This document shows, in pieces, positions 10,817 to 22,016 of a stretch of 64,000 bases of DNA. Positions within the stretch are counted from its first letter, which is position 1; every line of letters begins with the position of its first letter. The position numbers and the translations under genes are program-made. Origin of the DNA: Marsupella aquatica (Eukaryota > Plantae > Marchantiophyta); assembly GCA_973895155.1 (NCBI GenBank), contig OZ316898.1, positions 21,180,162 through 21,244,161 of the forward strand. Direction: 5' to 3'. The notes under the pieces are model-generated. The model was given only the letters and a program-made list of their open reading frames with translations, was not told the origin of the DNA and ran no database searches.

Positions 10817-11982
10817 TTAGCCGTTTCATCCAATTGGTCTACATCCTTTACTTCCTCCGGAATTGCAGCTAAAAAGGTGGATTCTATTGTAAAGCAGTCC
10901 TCGACCTCTTCGTCTTCTTCTTCCAAGTCACCTTCCATTGGTTCTTGCCATAATCTGCTGGGGGGTACCTCTGGTCCAAAGACGCCTTCTTCGGTTAGGT
11001 TAGTGAGGCATTCTAACCAACGTACTTCATCGGCTGACTCCAGTCCACTATCGTACCCATCTACTTCCCTTATGCTTTTCCTACGGTCATCCTTAGTGTC
11101 CCAGGATACCGTGATAGAGGGGGTCCCGAAAGTGAACTGCTTTTTACCCCAATCTTCTATTACCTCGGCTAGGTACAGCCATGGCCTACCAATCAATAGC
11201 CGGAATGACGTAGGATTTACCGGCTTCATTACTACATAGTTAATGCTAAAGAAGATACCTCCTATCTCTGTCTTGATGCCGGTTAACACTCCCGTCGGAA
11301 TGACCTGATATCCATTGGCCATGTTCAACACTCTTCCAGTCATCTCCGGTGTTAGACCCCACCCTTTTGCTGTTGAATCAATCATAATACATACCCCTGA
11401 TCCTCCATCGATGGGTACCCGTAGTAATAATTCTCCTTGAATCATTAATGGTAATGCTGGGGCTCCTTGATCTTCTTCTATCATTAGTACGTCGGATCTG
11501 GTTGCTACCTTGGGTAATCTCGGCTTGCCGAGAATAGCCTTCCTTAATTGCTTCCGGAAGTACGGGCTATTTTTCAATAGTTGACCTACTGTTGCCGAGA
11601 CTCTAGATTCTAGTACATCTTTAGCCAGGTCATAGGGAACAATCGGCTTCTCTTCTGGTGGTGTTTCCGTCTTGGATTCGGCCAGTTTTGCCACGCTAGT
11701 CTCCACAGCTGTTGGGTCTTCCGAAGCAAACAATGCTTTTGCTCGTTTTACATCCTTGGCAATGGCTTCGGTATTCTCCAGGGTTTCTAATTCTCTTAGT
11801 TGTTCCTTAACACTAGCCGTAACAGAGGGGTAGAACAACTTAGGATGATCTCGATTGAAGTCGCTATCTTGTGAAGGATTGGTTTCATTGGTGGGCTCAT
11901 GGCTTACCTGTATTGCCGGAGCCCTCCCTTCTCCTTCTGTTGATGTTGACGAAGAGTCGATCCTTTCCTCTGTAACCTTCCC
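10723..11982 (-). CDS. Aspartic protease region, originally in frame with gag
   Basis: VPIDGGSGVCIM and LLIGRPWL; in frame with 11983..12768 across a single TAA. Confidence 0.85.
   Translation of the reverse strand, partial: GKVTEERIDSSSTSTEGEGRAPAIQVSHEPTNETNPSQDSDFNRDHPKLFYPSVTASVKEQLRELETLENTEAIAKDVKRAKALFASEDPTAVETSVAKLAESKTETPPEEKPIVPYDLAKDVLESRVSATVGQLLKNSPYFRKQLRKAILGKPRLPKVATRSDVLMIEEDQGAPALPLMIQGELLLRVPIDGGSGVCIMIDSTAKGWGLTPEMTGRVLNMANGYQVIPTGVLTGIKTEIGGIFFSINYVVMKPVNPTSFRLLIGRPWLYLAEVIEDWGKKQFTFGTPSITVSWDTKDDRRKSIREVDGYDSGLESADEVRWLECLTNLTEEGVFGPEVPPSRLWQEPMEGDLEEEDEEVEDCFTIESTFLAAIPEEVKDVDQLDETAKWGAVAGTVDFLQALWQSRRGPQRHRSSARN
10733..10792 (-). promoter_or_regulatory. Putative -1 ribosomal frameshift signal (G GAU UUU plus stem-loop/pseudoknot)
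   Basis: Heptamer at 10786-10792 in the protease frame; 5-nt spacer; 10-bp stem GGCGTTGTGG/CCACAACGCC; loop GCCGA pairs with downstream TCGGC; pol is in the -1 frame; retained at 33679-33740. Confidence 0.75.
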
Positions 11983-13712
11983 TTAATTTTTGGCCAGCCC
12001 ATCCCACCTTTCCTTCCTTCTGGTAGATCGAGTAGAGACCCGGTAGCAATCATGATCTAAATCCTCCTCTGAGAAGGTTGATAGGGCTTCGGCCTCATCA
12101 TCAGATGGTACGAACTCTGCCTCGGCATCCTCTTGCCATCCTAGTTCGATGTGGTTGATTTGAACTCCTCCGGGGGTAGTACCTGGCGGTAAGATCTTGA
12201 TCGGCAAAAGCTTATGATTTGCGGCCAGGCCTGCCAACCAAGTAGGACATTGCCCTAGCATATGACCTTCCTGTCGGCATCCCATACATAGCTGAGCTGG
12301 TTGTCCATCACCCTGTTTGCGTGCATTCGGGCATTCTCTAGCAAAATGGCCAGGTTGACCATAATTATAGCACGCCGCAAATCTTTGCACATTCGGCCTA
12401 GGAGGTACTGACGGGTTCTGAATAATCCGAGGATACATCTCTCCTGGATTGTTCCTTAACCCTGACCACAGAGATGCAGGTCTGTTGGATAGGTCTCGTG
12501 CTCCAGTCTCACTGATGCCGAAAACACTATCAGCGGCATCTCCCAAAAAGTACTCTACTTCTCCCTGACATGGTCTGATCTCGGCCACATGCCGAACATG
12601 ATTAGTATTAAGCTTAGGACACGCATCTTTATGGTGTCCGGTTTTATAACATAAGGCACACCATACAGAGCTATCCTCCTGTACTACCTTCTTTGGTTTT
12701 ACCTCTGCAATGATAGCCTTAAGTTGCTCGGTAAGGGCTACGATGTTATCTGGTGGCTTAGCCTCCATCTTGACTTTCGTCTTCCCTCTCCTTCTGCCCT
12801 TCCTTTTCCTAGTTTTTTCTTCTTCAGAACTAGAAGATAACCCCTCTTGCTACTCCCACTATCCGAGCTTGACTTATCACTTCTAGACTTCTTGGAATGT
12901 TTCTTCTTCTTATCTTTTTTCTTATGGGGTGATCCCTCCTCTGATGAGGAACTCTCAGACTTAAGCTGTTTCTTCCGGCTTGTGATATCTGCATTAATGT
13001 ATAATTGAATATCCTTAATTGCTTCGGCTAAAGTCTCCGGGTTCTCCTTCCTAATTGCAAAACTCATCTTCTGTGGCAAAGCATTCACCAACCATTGAAG
13101 TTGCATACCTTCAGATGCATTGGTCTTTGTACGTCTTACCAGTTTCTGAAAGCGTTGCAAGAACTTCCTGAAGGATTTGTTCTCCTTGAACCGAAGTTGT
13201 CCCAACTTCAGCACTGCTAGTTCTGAAGTTCCAATGGGTCGAAACTCCTTAACAAAGAGTGTTTTGAAGATATCCCAGATGGCTTGATCTTCCACATCTA
13301 ATGCTCTGTACCAAGGCCTAGCCTCACCCTTGAACAGGCCGGGAAGAATCTGCATCTTGATGGCCGATTCTCCATTTGCTGCAGCGGTTCCCTCGAAATC
13401 ATCCAACCATTCGTCCGGATCCTCATCTCCTCTCCCATGAAATGCTTTGTAATGTATGCGCGACCGCTGGCTCAATCTGGTCCCTGGCCTCTCGTCTGGC
13501 CGTGCCTCTGGTTCCCCCATGTCGGTTGGAGACTCACTTCTCCTTACCGACTCTTCCTCTGGTATGTCTTCTTCGACGCCACTTCCAGTTTCGGAGCTAC
13601 CAGCTCTTTCTGCCCCTCTCAGTCGCTGTGTATCATGCCACCCGGCGAGCTGCTGCAGTCGAGCTCTCTCCCGTTGAATCACTCTTTCTTCCCTCGGCGT
13701 AAGGTCAGTCAT
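11983..13712 (-). pseudogene. gag: Gag with zinc knuckles (one frameshift near 12800, one stop at 11983)
   Basis: FHGRGDEDPDEWLDDF..GEARPWY capsid-like region; knuckles CALCYKTGHHKDAC, CYNYGQPGHFAREC, CMGCRQEGHMLGQC. Confidence 0.9.
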
Positions 13713-13759
13713 TACCTACGCTTCCGTTCTAACTTCATATCTCACGGCTTAAGAAATGC

Positions 13760-13777
13760 CCCCTCCATCTAGCGCCA
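13760..13777 (-). promoter_or_regulatory. Primer binding site, probably tRNA-Asn
   Basis: TGGCGCTAGATGGAGGGG 4 nt downstream of the 5' LTR; resembles the complement of the plant tRNA-Asn(GUU) 3' end (recalled from memory). Confidence 0.8.
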
Positions 13778-13781
13778 AAAA

Positions 13782-16700
13782 TGTGGTGCGTCCCATGGCT
13801 CCCTAAACCCAAGAAACCCCCCAGCTCAAGCCGATTCCTGCAGGTTTCGTGCTTGGCGAGGCCGTTTCCGCGGCTTAGCGGCATGGGACGCTGCTAACCT
13901 TCTACTACTACTATTAACATTTTACACACATATACTGGACAGATCCTTCATCGGGTCATGAGATACGTAGCCGGCCTAATATAGGCCTTGCCTTGTCTTC
14001 CCCTGTCTTCCCCTCCGTCTTGTTAGGTATGTTTGGATTCCGCCGCCGGAATGATCCCCAATAGGCTTGGTTAAGCCGCTAAGACCTCTCTCAGCTCGAC
14101 ACATCCAACTATCACTCCCCTGCTTACTTTCCTTCCTTCTGTTGATGTGGGCACTCTTCACACAAGTTAATGCGACACACAAATAGCAAAATGACTCATT
14201 CTGACTGAGTCATACCATGCACTTGCCATACAAACAGTACATCTCATACACAAGTTCTGCGAACTAAGCCGTGAGGCCAACTCTATTCAGCTCTTAGGCA
14301 TGAGGAAACATGAATATACACAAGGGTCACTGTATGACTAACCGAGAGCTTCTCGTACTACTTGATCCCAGCCCGGCTGGTGCAAACTAAAAACTTGCTA
14401 AAGAAGAGGCCCTGAGCTCCCCGCTGCCCAGGTACTTATCCTGGTAGTGGATCCGCCATTCTTTGCATCGTAAGCCTAATCTACCTGACAGTAATCTACT
14501 TGCCCGAATCTACCTATGTACAGCAAGGCAGGAGCACAAGTGTTGCTCCTACCAGTGGAACCGCAATCCCACTAAGCTAAGTGTCAGGGCCGCTCCTGGT
14601 TCTGATCCTAATCCTAAACGTGGAGATCCGCGCCCGCCCTGCCCACTCACGCCTCCTCCCTCCACGTCCGCCCTCCCTAAAAGGAATGGCGCCCTTGCAC
14701 CGTCACGACACCGGTGGTGGATCCTCAATGGACGCCCCCAACACTTCCTCCTCAGCCACTGCCGTTGGCCCGCCTACTGACAGATTACCTGCCCTTGACC
14801 GAGTCAACTCTCCATCGGCCTGACTGGGTCCACCTTCGGCTTCAGCCTCGACACCGGCCTCGGCAATACCCACGGCTTCGGCCTCAGCCACTCCCACGGC
14901 TTCGGCTTCAGCCACTCCCTCGGCTTCGGCCTCCCCTTCCCCTAGGGTAGTTGGATCCTTAGCCGTGACCCTGTCTGGGGTCGGTGCTGGGTCTACCTCC
15001 TTGATCACCACGGCCTGTGAAGTCGTATTACTCCTTGACCCTGAAGGTTTCCGCTTCTTCTTCGTTGGTGGCTCGGCAGCTGGTCCCTTCCCCTTCCCAC
15101 TTACTTCCGGCACTGGTGCAGTTGACGCGGCTTGTCCTTCGGCAATTACCACCCCTGGTAACTGGTTTGTCCCAACGGGAGATGGACCTGCTGTAGCTAA
15201 GCATTTAAATACTGCGGCTTGTTTCTTCAGCCGCTCTGTTTAGTTGTCGGCCCGCCGCTGTAGGTTCTCCATCTTCCTCGTGATTTCCTCCAACTCCTCT
15301 TGGGTTTCATCCAGGTCCTTACGTGCCCCCTCCAGCTCGTTTTTGGCCTCCTCCTGCTCCCTGTGGGCTTCCTCCAATTCCTTCTTCAAGGTAGCCCTCT
15401 CCTCCTGGGTTGCTCTTAGCTCCTTGTCGAGCTCTGCAATGATGACAGACTCCATCTGGTTCATCTTGGCGTAAGTCTGTTCGAGCATCTCGTCCTTCTC
15501 CCTTAGGTCGGCCTTGAAGCTGGCCGTCAGGGACGCAAGCTCCTGCTGCAGCGCCATAATCCCTTGATAGGATTTCCCTAACTCGACCTCCTTCTGCTCA
15601 AGGGCTCCGCGGATTTTCTCGAGCTCCCCTTTCAACGCCCATTCCTTTCTTTGGGTCTCCGCCATGGCCCGGCTGTTGGCTGTTATGTGGGCCTCCTCTG
15701 TATTCTTCAGCTCTTGCTTCCACTTCTCCCTCTCTTTGATCGTGTCGGCCAACTCTTCCTGCGTCTGAGTCAGTTTATCCTTGATATTCTGATTATCAGC
15801 CTGCGCGGCGTCCAACTGCCCCTGCATGATGTTCAGCTCATGTCATTTAATCCGCAGTTCATCTTGGGCTTTCTTGGCCGCCCTTAGATCTTCAATCTCG
15901 GCTTCCATCCTCCTAAGCCGCCGAATGACCTCGTCCTTCTTGCTTCTCTCTAAAGCCACCGCTTCTTCTAATTGGTGCTTCTCCAATTGCTCCCTATGAA
16001 AAAAGGGTCCTACCTCCAACTCCTCTCCAAAGATGCCGAGCGCAAGTTCCCCACACATCTCACCATACTCCATGGCTCTATTCTTAGCGTAGGTGGAGTA
16101 AGTAGAAGTGATCGGCATCGCCCATCGTGGCCTCTGCTCCCACGCCGTCCTGCGGATCTCTTCAATCGTGGCTAGAGGTTTGCTTCCTTTTTCGGCTAGC
16201 CGCCTGATGTCCTCCGGCCAATCTCCTCCTGGTAAATCCTTTTCCTTAGCCAGGGCGGCCTCTTCCTCCTGCTTGATTCGCTCCTGAAATTCCTGCACCG
16301 TCTGTTTTATGCCGTCGAAGCTCGGGGGAGCAACATCTGGTGGGGGAGACTCAGGGCTACTCTGCTGGTTGGGGTCCCCTCGCACTACCCTTGGAAGTGT
16401 GGGGACAAACCGGCCACAGGTCCTTACTCCTGGAACGTGATGGTCCGACCCATAGCCGGAATTATCAGGGCTGCAGTCCTCCACTGCCTCCTCTACCTCT
16501 TGGACGTCCGGCTTCTCCCTCTCCTCTTCCTCGGTAGGAGCTTCAGGCAATTCTGCCTCAGATTCGGAGGTTGAGGTTCCCACGTACATTCGAACACCTG
16601 GCTTGGATTCCGGCCTGATTCTCTTCTTGTCTCTAGCAAAGGGGTTTTCTCTTGTGAGCCGGTGTAGGCCTACCTCTGTAGTAGTGTCCTGCATTGTTGC

Positions 16701-18443
16701 CGTTGCCGTTGTTGTTGCCGATGCCGATTTCTTTTTTCTTTCTCCAGTAGTTTCAGCAGACTCTGCATGCCTGGTTGCTGCATCGGCAAGTCTTCCTTCC
16801 TGGGCCTAAACACCTGCTCGATCGTAGGACTAACAGGTGGTTGAGGCTTCTCAGCCAACGGCCTCGGCGTTGGAGCTTCCTCGGGTGCCCTTACCTGCAG
16901 GGGAAGTACCGGGGCAAAAGTCTGACCTCTGGCATACCGGCACAACAGCGGCATGTGATAGCCAAGCCGCGACACGCTTCCCATGCCGATTACCTGCTGC
17001 TCCTCCTTTAAGATCTTCTTCAATTGGTTGAGGAGGTACCCGTTGTAGTCCCGGCTTGGGTCTGGCCTTTCTGCCAGATAGACCTGTGCTTTGCCGATCT
17101 CTGCCCTTGGCAAGTTACAATGCATGGTCACCCGCAAGAAGTCGATCATCTCTCCTATGTGCGGGTTGGTGCAGGTGTTCCGAAAGAAGCCATTCTTCGT
17201 TGATGGCCCGGGGAACGACCGGAACTCCTTGTCAGGCAAGGTCTTCCTGGTATCAACTTTGGTCTTATTGCCTATCGGCAAGCCAAACACTTCGGCAATT
17301 ACCTTGGGAGTAAGATAGAAATCCTTCCCATATATCCTCGTGCAATTGGTCTCGGGTTCCCATGACCCCACGAATTCTAATAGGTCTGACTCCGGTACCT
17401 CCGGCTTCAGCCATGGTAATCTTACAAAGGCCTCCAAGCCGGATCCGGCCATGAAGCCTTGGTACTTCTTGGTCTGCATGGCCGTAAAGCATGCATCCTC
17501 CTCCCGTGCAAAATGTAGTTGCACCTCCACCGGTAGGGTTGCCGCCCAGCCCTTCCAGGTGTCATCCCTGGTTGGAATGGCCTTGATGGGATCGACCTCC
17601 TCCTCTTCGGCTTCTCCCTGCCCCTTGCTCTGCTGCTCGGCTGGCTTCTTTGGTGCCGCCGACCTCGTTCTTTTTGCCGGGGTGGCTTCATCGTTGACGG
17701 CCCCCTTCCTCTTCATCTCTGCTGCCGTGGAGGTTTCTCCTAGCACCGTTGCCCGGGTCCACCTTTCCGTGCTACCCTTTAATTCCCAGTGTATGTCGTT
17801 GCAGTTCTTGATGGCCTCTCGGATGCCGACGACGCTGTCTTTGCAAAACAGAAGATCGTCGAGTTGATTGGAAGTAGGCGTCCACAGGAACTCGTCCTTG
17901 ATGAGTTCGCCTCCTAAGAAAGCCGTCTTCTGCAGCTCCCACAATCGAGCGAGCTCCTGCCGTTCTCGAGCTGCCCTTTCTGACTCCTCGTCCTCGTAAG
18001 TCTTGATGTACTCAGTTGCCCGTTCGACCAGGCATCCCCAGAAATGTGCCGCTTGATTGACGTTGCTCATACCCTCCTTAGGTCGATCGTCGGTATCTAC
18101 TCTCTCCCCGAGTGCTTGCCTAAGCAGCTGACAGTAGTTGGCCTCCCGTAGTCGTCTGCCTAGTTCGTGCTCGCAAATGAGCCACCATCTCCTGCAAGCG
18201 CTCCTTACCCCTCTCCTCTGCCGGTCCTTCTTCCCGTTGATCCTTCCTAGCCGCCGACGCTTAACGTGCCCTAACCCTAATCGGGTTTTCACCCTCAGCC
18301 TTACCTCCGGCCTCGGCCCGGGTTCCATGGTTGCCCCTAATTGTTTATATTTTCCTGGTTTTGTCCCTATACTAAGGTGTTCCTAGGGTGCCTTCCTGCT
18401 TTACCCACTTAACCGGTCGAGTGATTCCTGTCTAGGCATCACA
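13782..18443 (-). repeat. 5' LTR of family A element (4662 bp)
   Basis: Differs from the 3' LTR by roughly two dozen, mostly transition, substitutions and a 2-bp indel (counted by eye). Confidence 0.97.
14703..18328 (-). pseudogene. Second copy of the LTR-encoded protein gene
   Basis: Same protein as 3823-7446; 2-bp frameshift near 16730, stops at 15843 and 15240. Confidence 0.85.
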
Positions 18444-18448
18444 GAGAA

Positions 18449-18938
18449 CCTTTGAAGAATAGAGGGGTGGATGAAGATGGGTTACGTGGGGGAGTTGATC
18501 GACATTTGGGTGTTGAATTATGGTAACACAAGTGTCCCAGTGATATTGATGAAGGGATCATGGGTGAAATCAGAGTGGCAGAGACCAAGGGCCACCATGA
18601 AGCGTGATCATGATGGGTTCTTGTTGGCCAATTTTAGGTCCAGAGTACCAAAATGGTCTGAGCCTTTTGTTTTCCCTAGCCAAGTTGAACAGGCTTTCTT
18701 TGCAGATGTGGAGGAGTCACATGGCTGGAGGGTGGTATGCCATAGCCAAGCACGGAACAGGCGGATGGATGGAAGTAAAGAAGAGTTCAGTTTGGATGAC
18801 CATGCTGCATTCGAGCATCCTAGTCACGAGACTGTACTTCCAACTCGGGCAGGGACTGACTACATCCCCTTAACATTGAGAGAGACATATGATGAACCTG
18901 GGCAAATGGAATATGATGAGGTTGATGATTTGCAATAG
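18449..18938 (+). pseudogene. CACTA transposase C-terminus (DUF4216-like)
   Basis: YVGELIDIWVLNY..SWV..DGFLLANF..EPFVFPSQVEQAFF..WRVV; resumes after the TSD. Confidence 0.85.
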
Positions 18939-19865
18939 GCAACAGCTGGCGATTGGCAAGTATGAGGTTGAGGATGACTACCTGCACAGAGTCACAGAAC
19001 GGGAATTGCTACCTGGAATGATGTTTAGGATAGTTGGATATGCATGAAATTGATTGATACTTTGAATTTAGTGTGCTGATTCTCCCTGGTTGGTTGTGGG
19101 TGCTGTGCAGAAGCTATGGGGGAAGAGGGTGATGACATGGAGACAGACATGGGGCTTGGAGAGTGGGGTGAAGAGGAAAGATTGGATATGGATGGAGACC
19201 CAGATGCAGGGGGCTCACAGAAAAATGCACTTGTGCAGGATGCACAGGGCCCTCATCAAGTCCCAGGTAGGTGGGCAGCTAGAGAGAAATCACATAATCC
19301 ATACCCTAGAAGGAGCCAGAGTTATTGGCAAGGGACGCCTGATAATTATGATGATGACTATGATGGAGCAGAAGATGGATGGGATGAATATGAACACCCA
19401 GAGCGTGGTAGAGATGGGTACAGAGGGCAATGGAAAGGTGAGGAGGATGATTGGACAAGTAAGTGCCTTGTGCTAGTGATTTTGTGATGGTAGTAGAGAT
19501 TTAGCTCAATATGGACTTATCTGATGTGTAGCTAGGGCAAAGAGTTTATCTTACAGGTCCATGAGTGTGGCATGTACCTGTTGGTATGCAGACTCTGATT
19601 GGGACAATCACAAAAACAACAAATGCCATCCACGTTCAGATAGGAGGCAATCATTCACAGGCGGGAGAAACGGCCCTAATTCATCAAGACAAAGCAATAG
19701 GACAGGTGGTCCAGAACCATCTATGCGCCAAGGGAGAGGTAACTTGGTCATTGCAGAATTGCTCTGAAGTCCAGTGTATATTTGGCAGCAGGATTTATGA
19801 TTCATACTTACCTAATGGATCCTGTAAATGTGCAGGGACTCCAGGGAGGTTTGGACAATGCAATC

Positions 19866-19940
19866 CAGGCCGTGGGGGAGATCAGGCCGTGGAGGGACCC
19901 CAGGCCGTGGGGGGACACCAGGCCGTGGAGGGACACCTAG
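19866..19940 (+). repeat. 18-bp tandem repeat encoding (GRGGTP)x3
   Basis: GGCCGTGGRGGGACMCCA units. Confidence 0.8.
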
Positions 19941-22016
19941 TAGCGCTTCAGGGAGTACCAAGGCAGGAGACAGTAACAAATTTGGTAAAGTAGAAGTGAA
20001 TTCTGATGGTTGGATAACTCCCACATGTGATGGTAAGAACCGTTGGCATTCTGACCTAAGAGGAGAAGTATTGCGTTGGTTAGATTTGAGCATTACAGAG
20101 TTAGGAGTCAGAACAAAGCTGATTGGGCTGCTATCTGGAAGGACATTCTTGAACGGTGGGACTATGTTGGTAATGATGGTAAGGGCCCAGTTGAAGATTG
20201 CATATCAGATTATGCAATGAGGATTTTGAAACAAGAGAGGCATAGGTTGAAAAGGATGTGGATAGACAATGGTTCTAACAGGAGAATGTCACCACCCCCA
20301 TCATTGGAATTGGATCAATGGACACGGTTAATCAAAGGGTTCATGTCGGAGGCTGGGCAGAGCAAGAGTGAACTGATGTCAAATGCTCAAGGCAAAGTGA
20401 AACACCTGTCACAGGCTGGGAGAGGAAGTTATGCTCCAGTGAAAGAACAATTGGTAAGGCAGTGACATGCCTGATAGTAAGCCTCAAACTTATCATCTTG
20501 CTACCATTATTACATTTTCATTGACAATCAACACTTGGTTTCATTCATATGTATGTTGATGTGGACTGCAGAAGAAATTGACAGGTGAAGAACCATCAGC
20601 ACAAGAAGTGAGAGAGGAGTTCATGAAACAAAGGAGTGAGGTGACAAGTGTGACTTCCAAACAGGTGATTATGTTGTAATTCTGTATGTTCTGTGACTAT
20701 TTGGCCTTGAGCATCAGAAAGAATTGTAGTAGGAAGTAAGCAACCAGTTCTTGGGGACAATTATCTGAGATATGTAAGTTGTGTTATGACAGGGAACTGT
20801 TACAACTCTCACAGAGATGTGTGAATGGTTGAAGTCATTAGAGTATGGACTCCCTCGAGTGGAAAGTAAATTGGCTGATCGTTTGGATATTGTGGAGGCA
20901 TCTGTAGCGAACCTTCTTGCATCAATGGAATCTAATTTCAAGCTTGTGATTGAAAAATTGGGTGATTCTCAACCAAACAATGAGGGCAACATTGTACAAA
21001 GTGTGCCCTTGTTAACAAAAAAGGGAATTGGCAAATCTGACACAGGTATGGAAATGACACTGGCCCATTGTTCATTGTGTCCTATGTTCAAATGTTAGAA
21101 GTAAGTTTTCATGAATTGAGTGAATGGTTTGAATGCAGGAAGAGTGGAGGCAGAGAAGGACCCTGTAATCAGTAAGCAGAATGGCAAAAAGGTTGCTGAG
21201 ACAGGTAACCTGCTATGATCCAGTACATTACATTTGAAAAGTGCATGGAGTTTTGTGAAGCTTAAGCCGGTTGGAGGTAATCTTTTTTGTAAGAACTGGT
21301 TGGATCAACTGGGATCTGAAGTGACATCATGATTGATATATCAGGTGATTCAAAGAGCAATGAAAAAGATGTGCCCAGTGCCTCAGTGACCATAGCCAAG
21401 GAGGTATCAGGTAAGCTGATGCTTTAAATTCCTCTCCTACCATTGTTGAGAAACAATTCAGTGGTTAATAGATTGAACCTGAATATTGTGGTGTGTTTAT
21501 TGATCAGCAGAAGCAGACATGGAGGATATGGCAATGGCAAAGAAGGGGAAGAAGGCTGTTCATAATGGTAAGGAGATAGTAACAACTTTGTGGTTAGTGA
21601 CATGTACATGGCGCACATGTGATGAGTGAATCACTTATGTTGGACAATGCACTGAATTGTAGTTGATGCAGAGTTGACAGACTCTCAACCAAGTGGGAGC
21701 AGGGTGAAGCGACGTCAAAACTTGGGAGCAACATTGGATGCAAGTAAGATTGTAGATGCTTCAATTGAAGCAAGTACAATGTTGGCAGATACAGAGATGA
21801 TGTCGCAGGGAAATCCTGCTACACAATCGGAAGTGTCAAATATGGATGCAGATTCTTTGAAGAAGAGTGTAGCCAATTCTCGATCACCAGCACAAAACAC
21901 TCGTGCCAAAGTCATGACTTGCAACCAAGGTATGAATAATGTCATGTATAAGCCACCCAGGAAAGCCAAGAAAAACAGCCAGGGTAAGGTGGAGGTGATA
22001 GCCACAGCAGAGCCAG

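Larger units (their letters stand above)
2902..18443 (-). mobile_element. Complete Ty3/Gypsy non-chromovirus LTR retrotransposon (family A) with giant coding LTRs
   Basis: Two near-identical LTRs with TG..CA ends, 5-bp TSD GAGAA (2897-2901, 18444-18448), PBS, PPT and domain order gag-PR-RT-RH-INT. Confidence 0.97.

Noticed and set aside
12738-12850. Programmed frameshift within gag
   Set aside because: Only one copy is available, the break lies in a low-complexity Ser/Lys tract, and family B gag is continuous across the equivalent region; most likely a mutation
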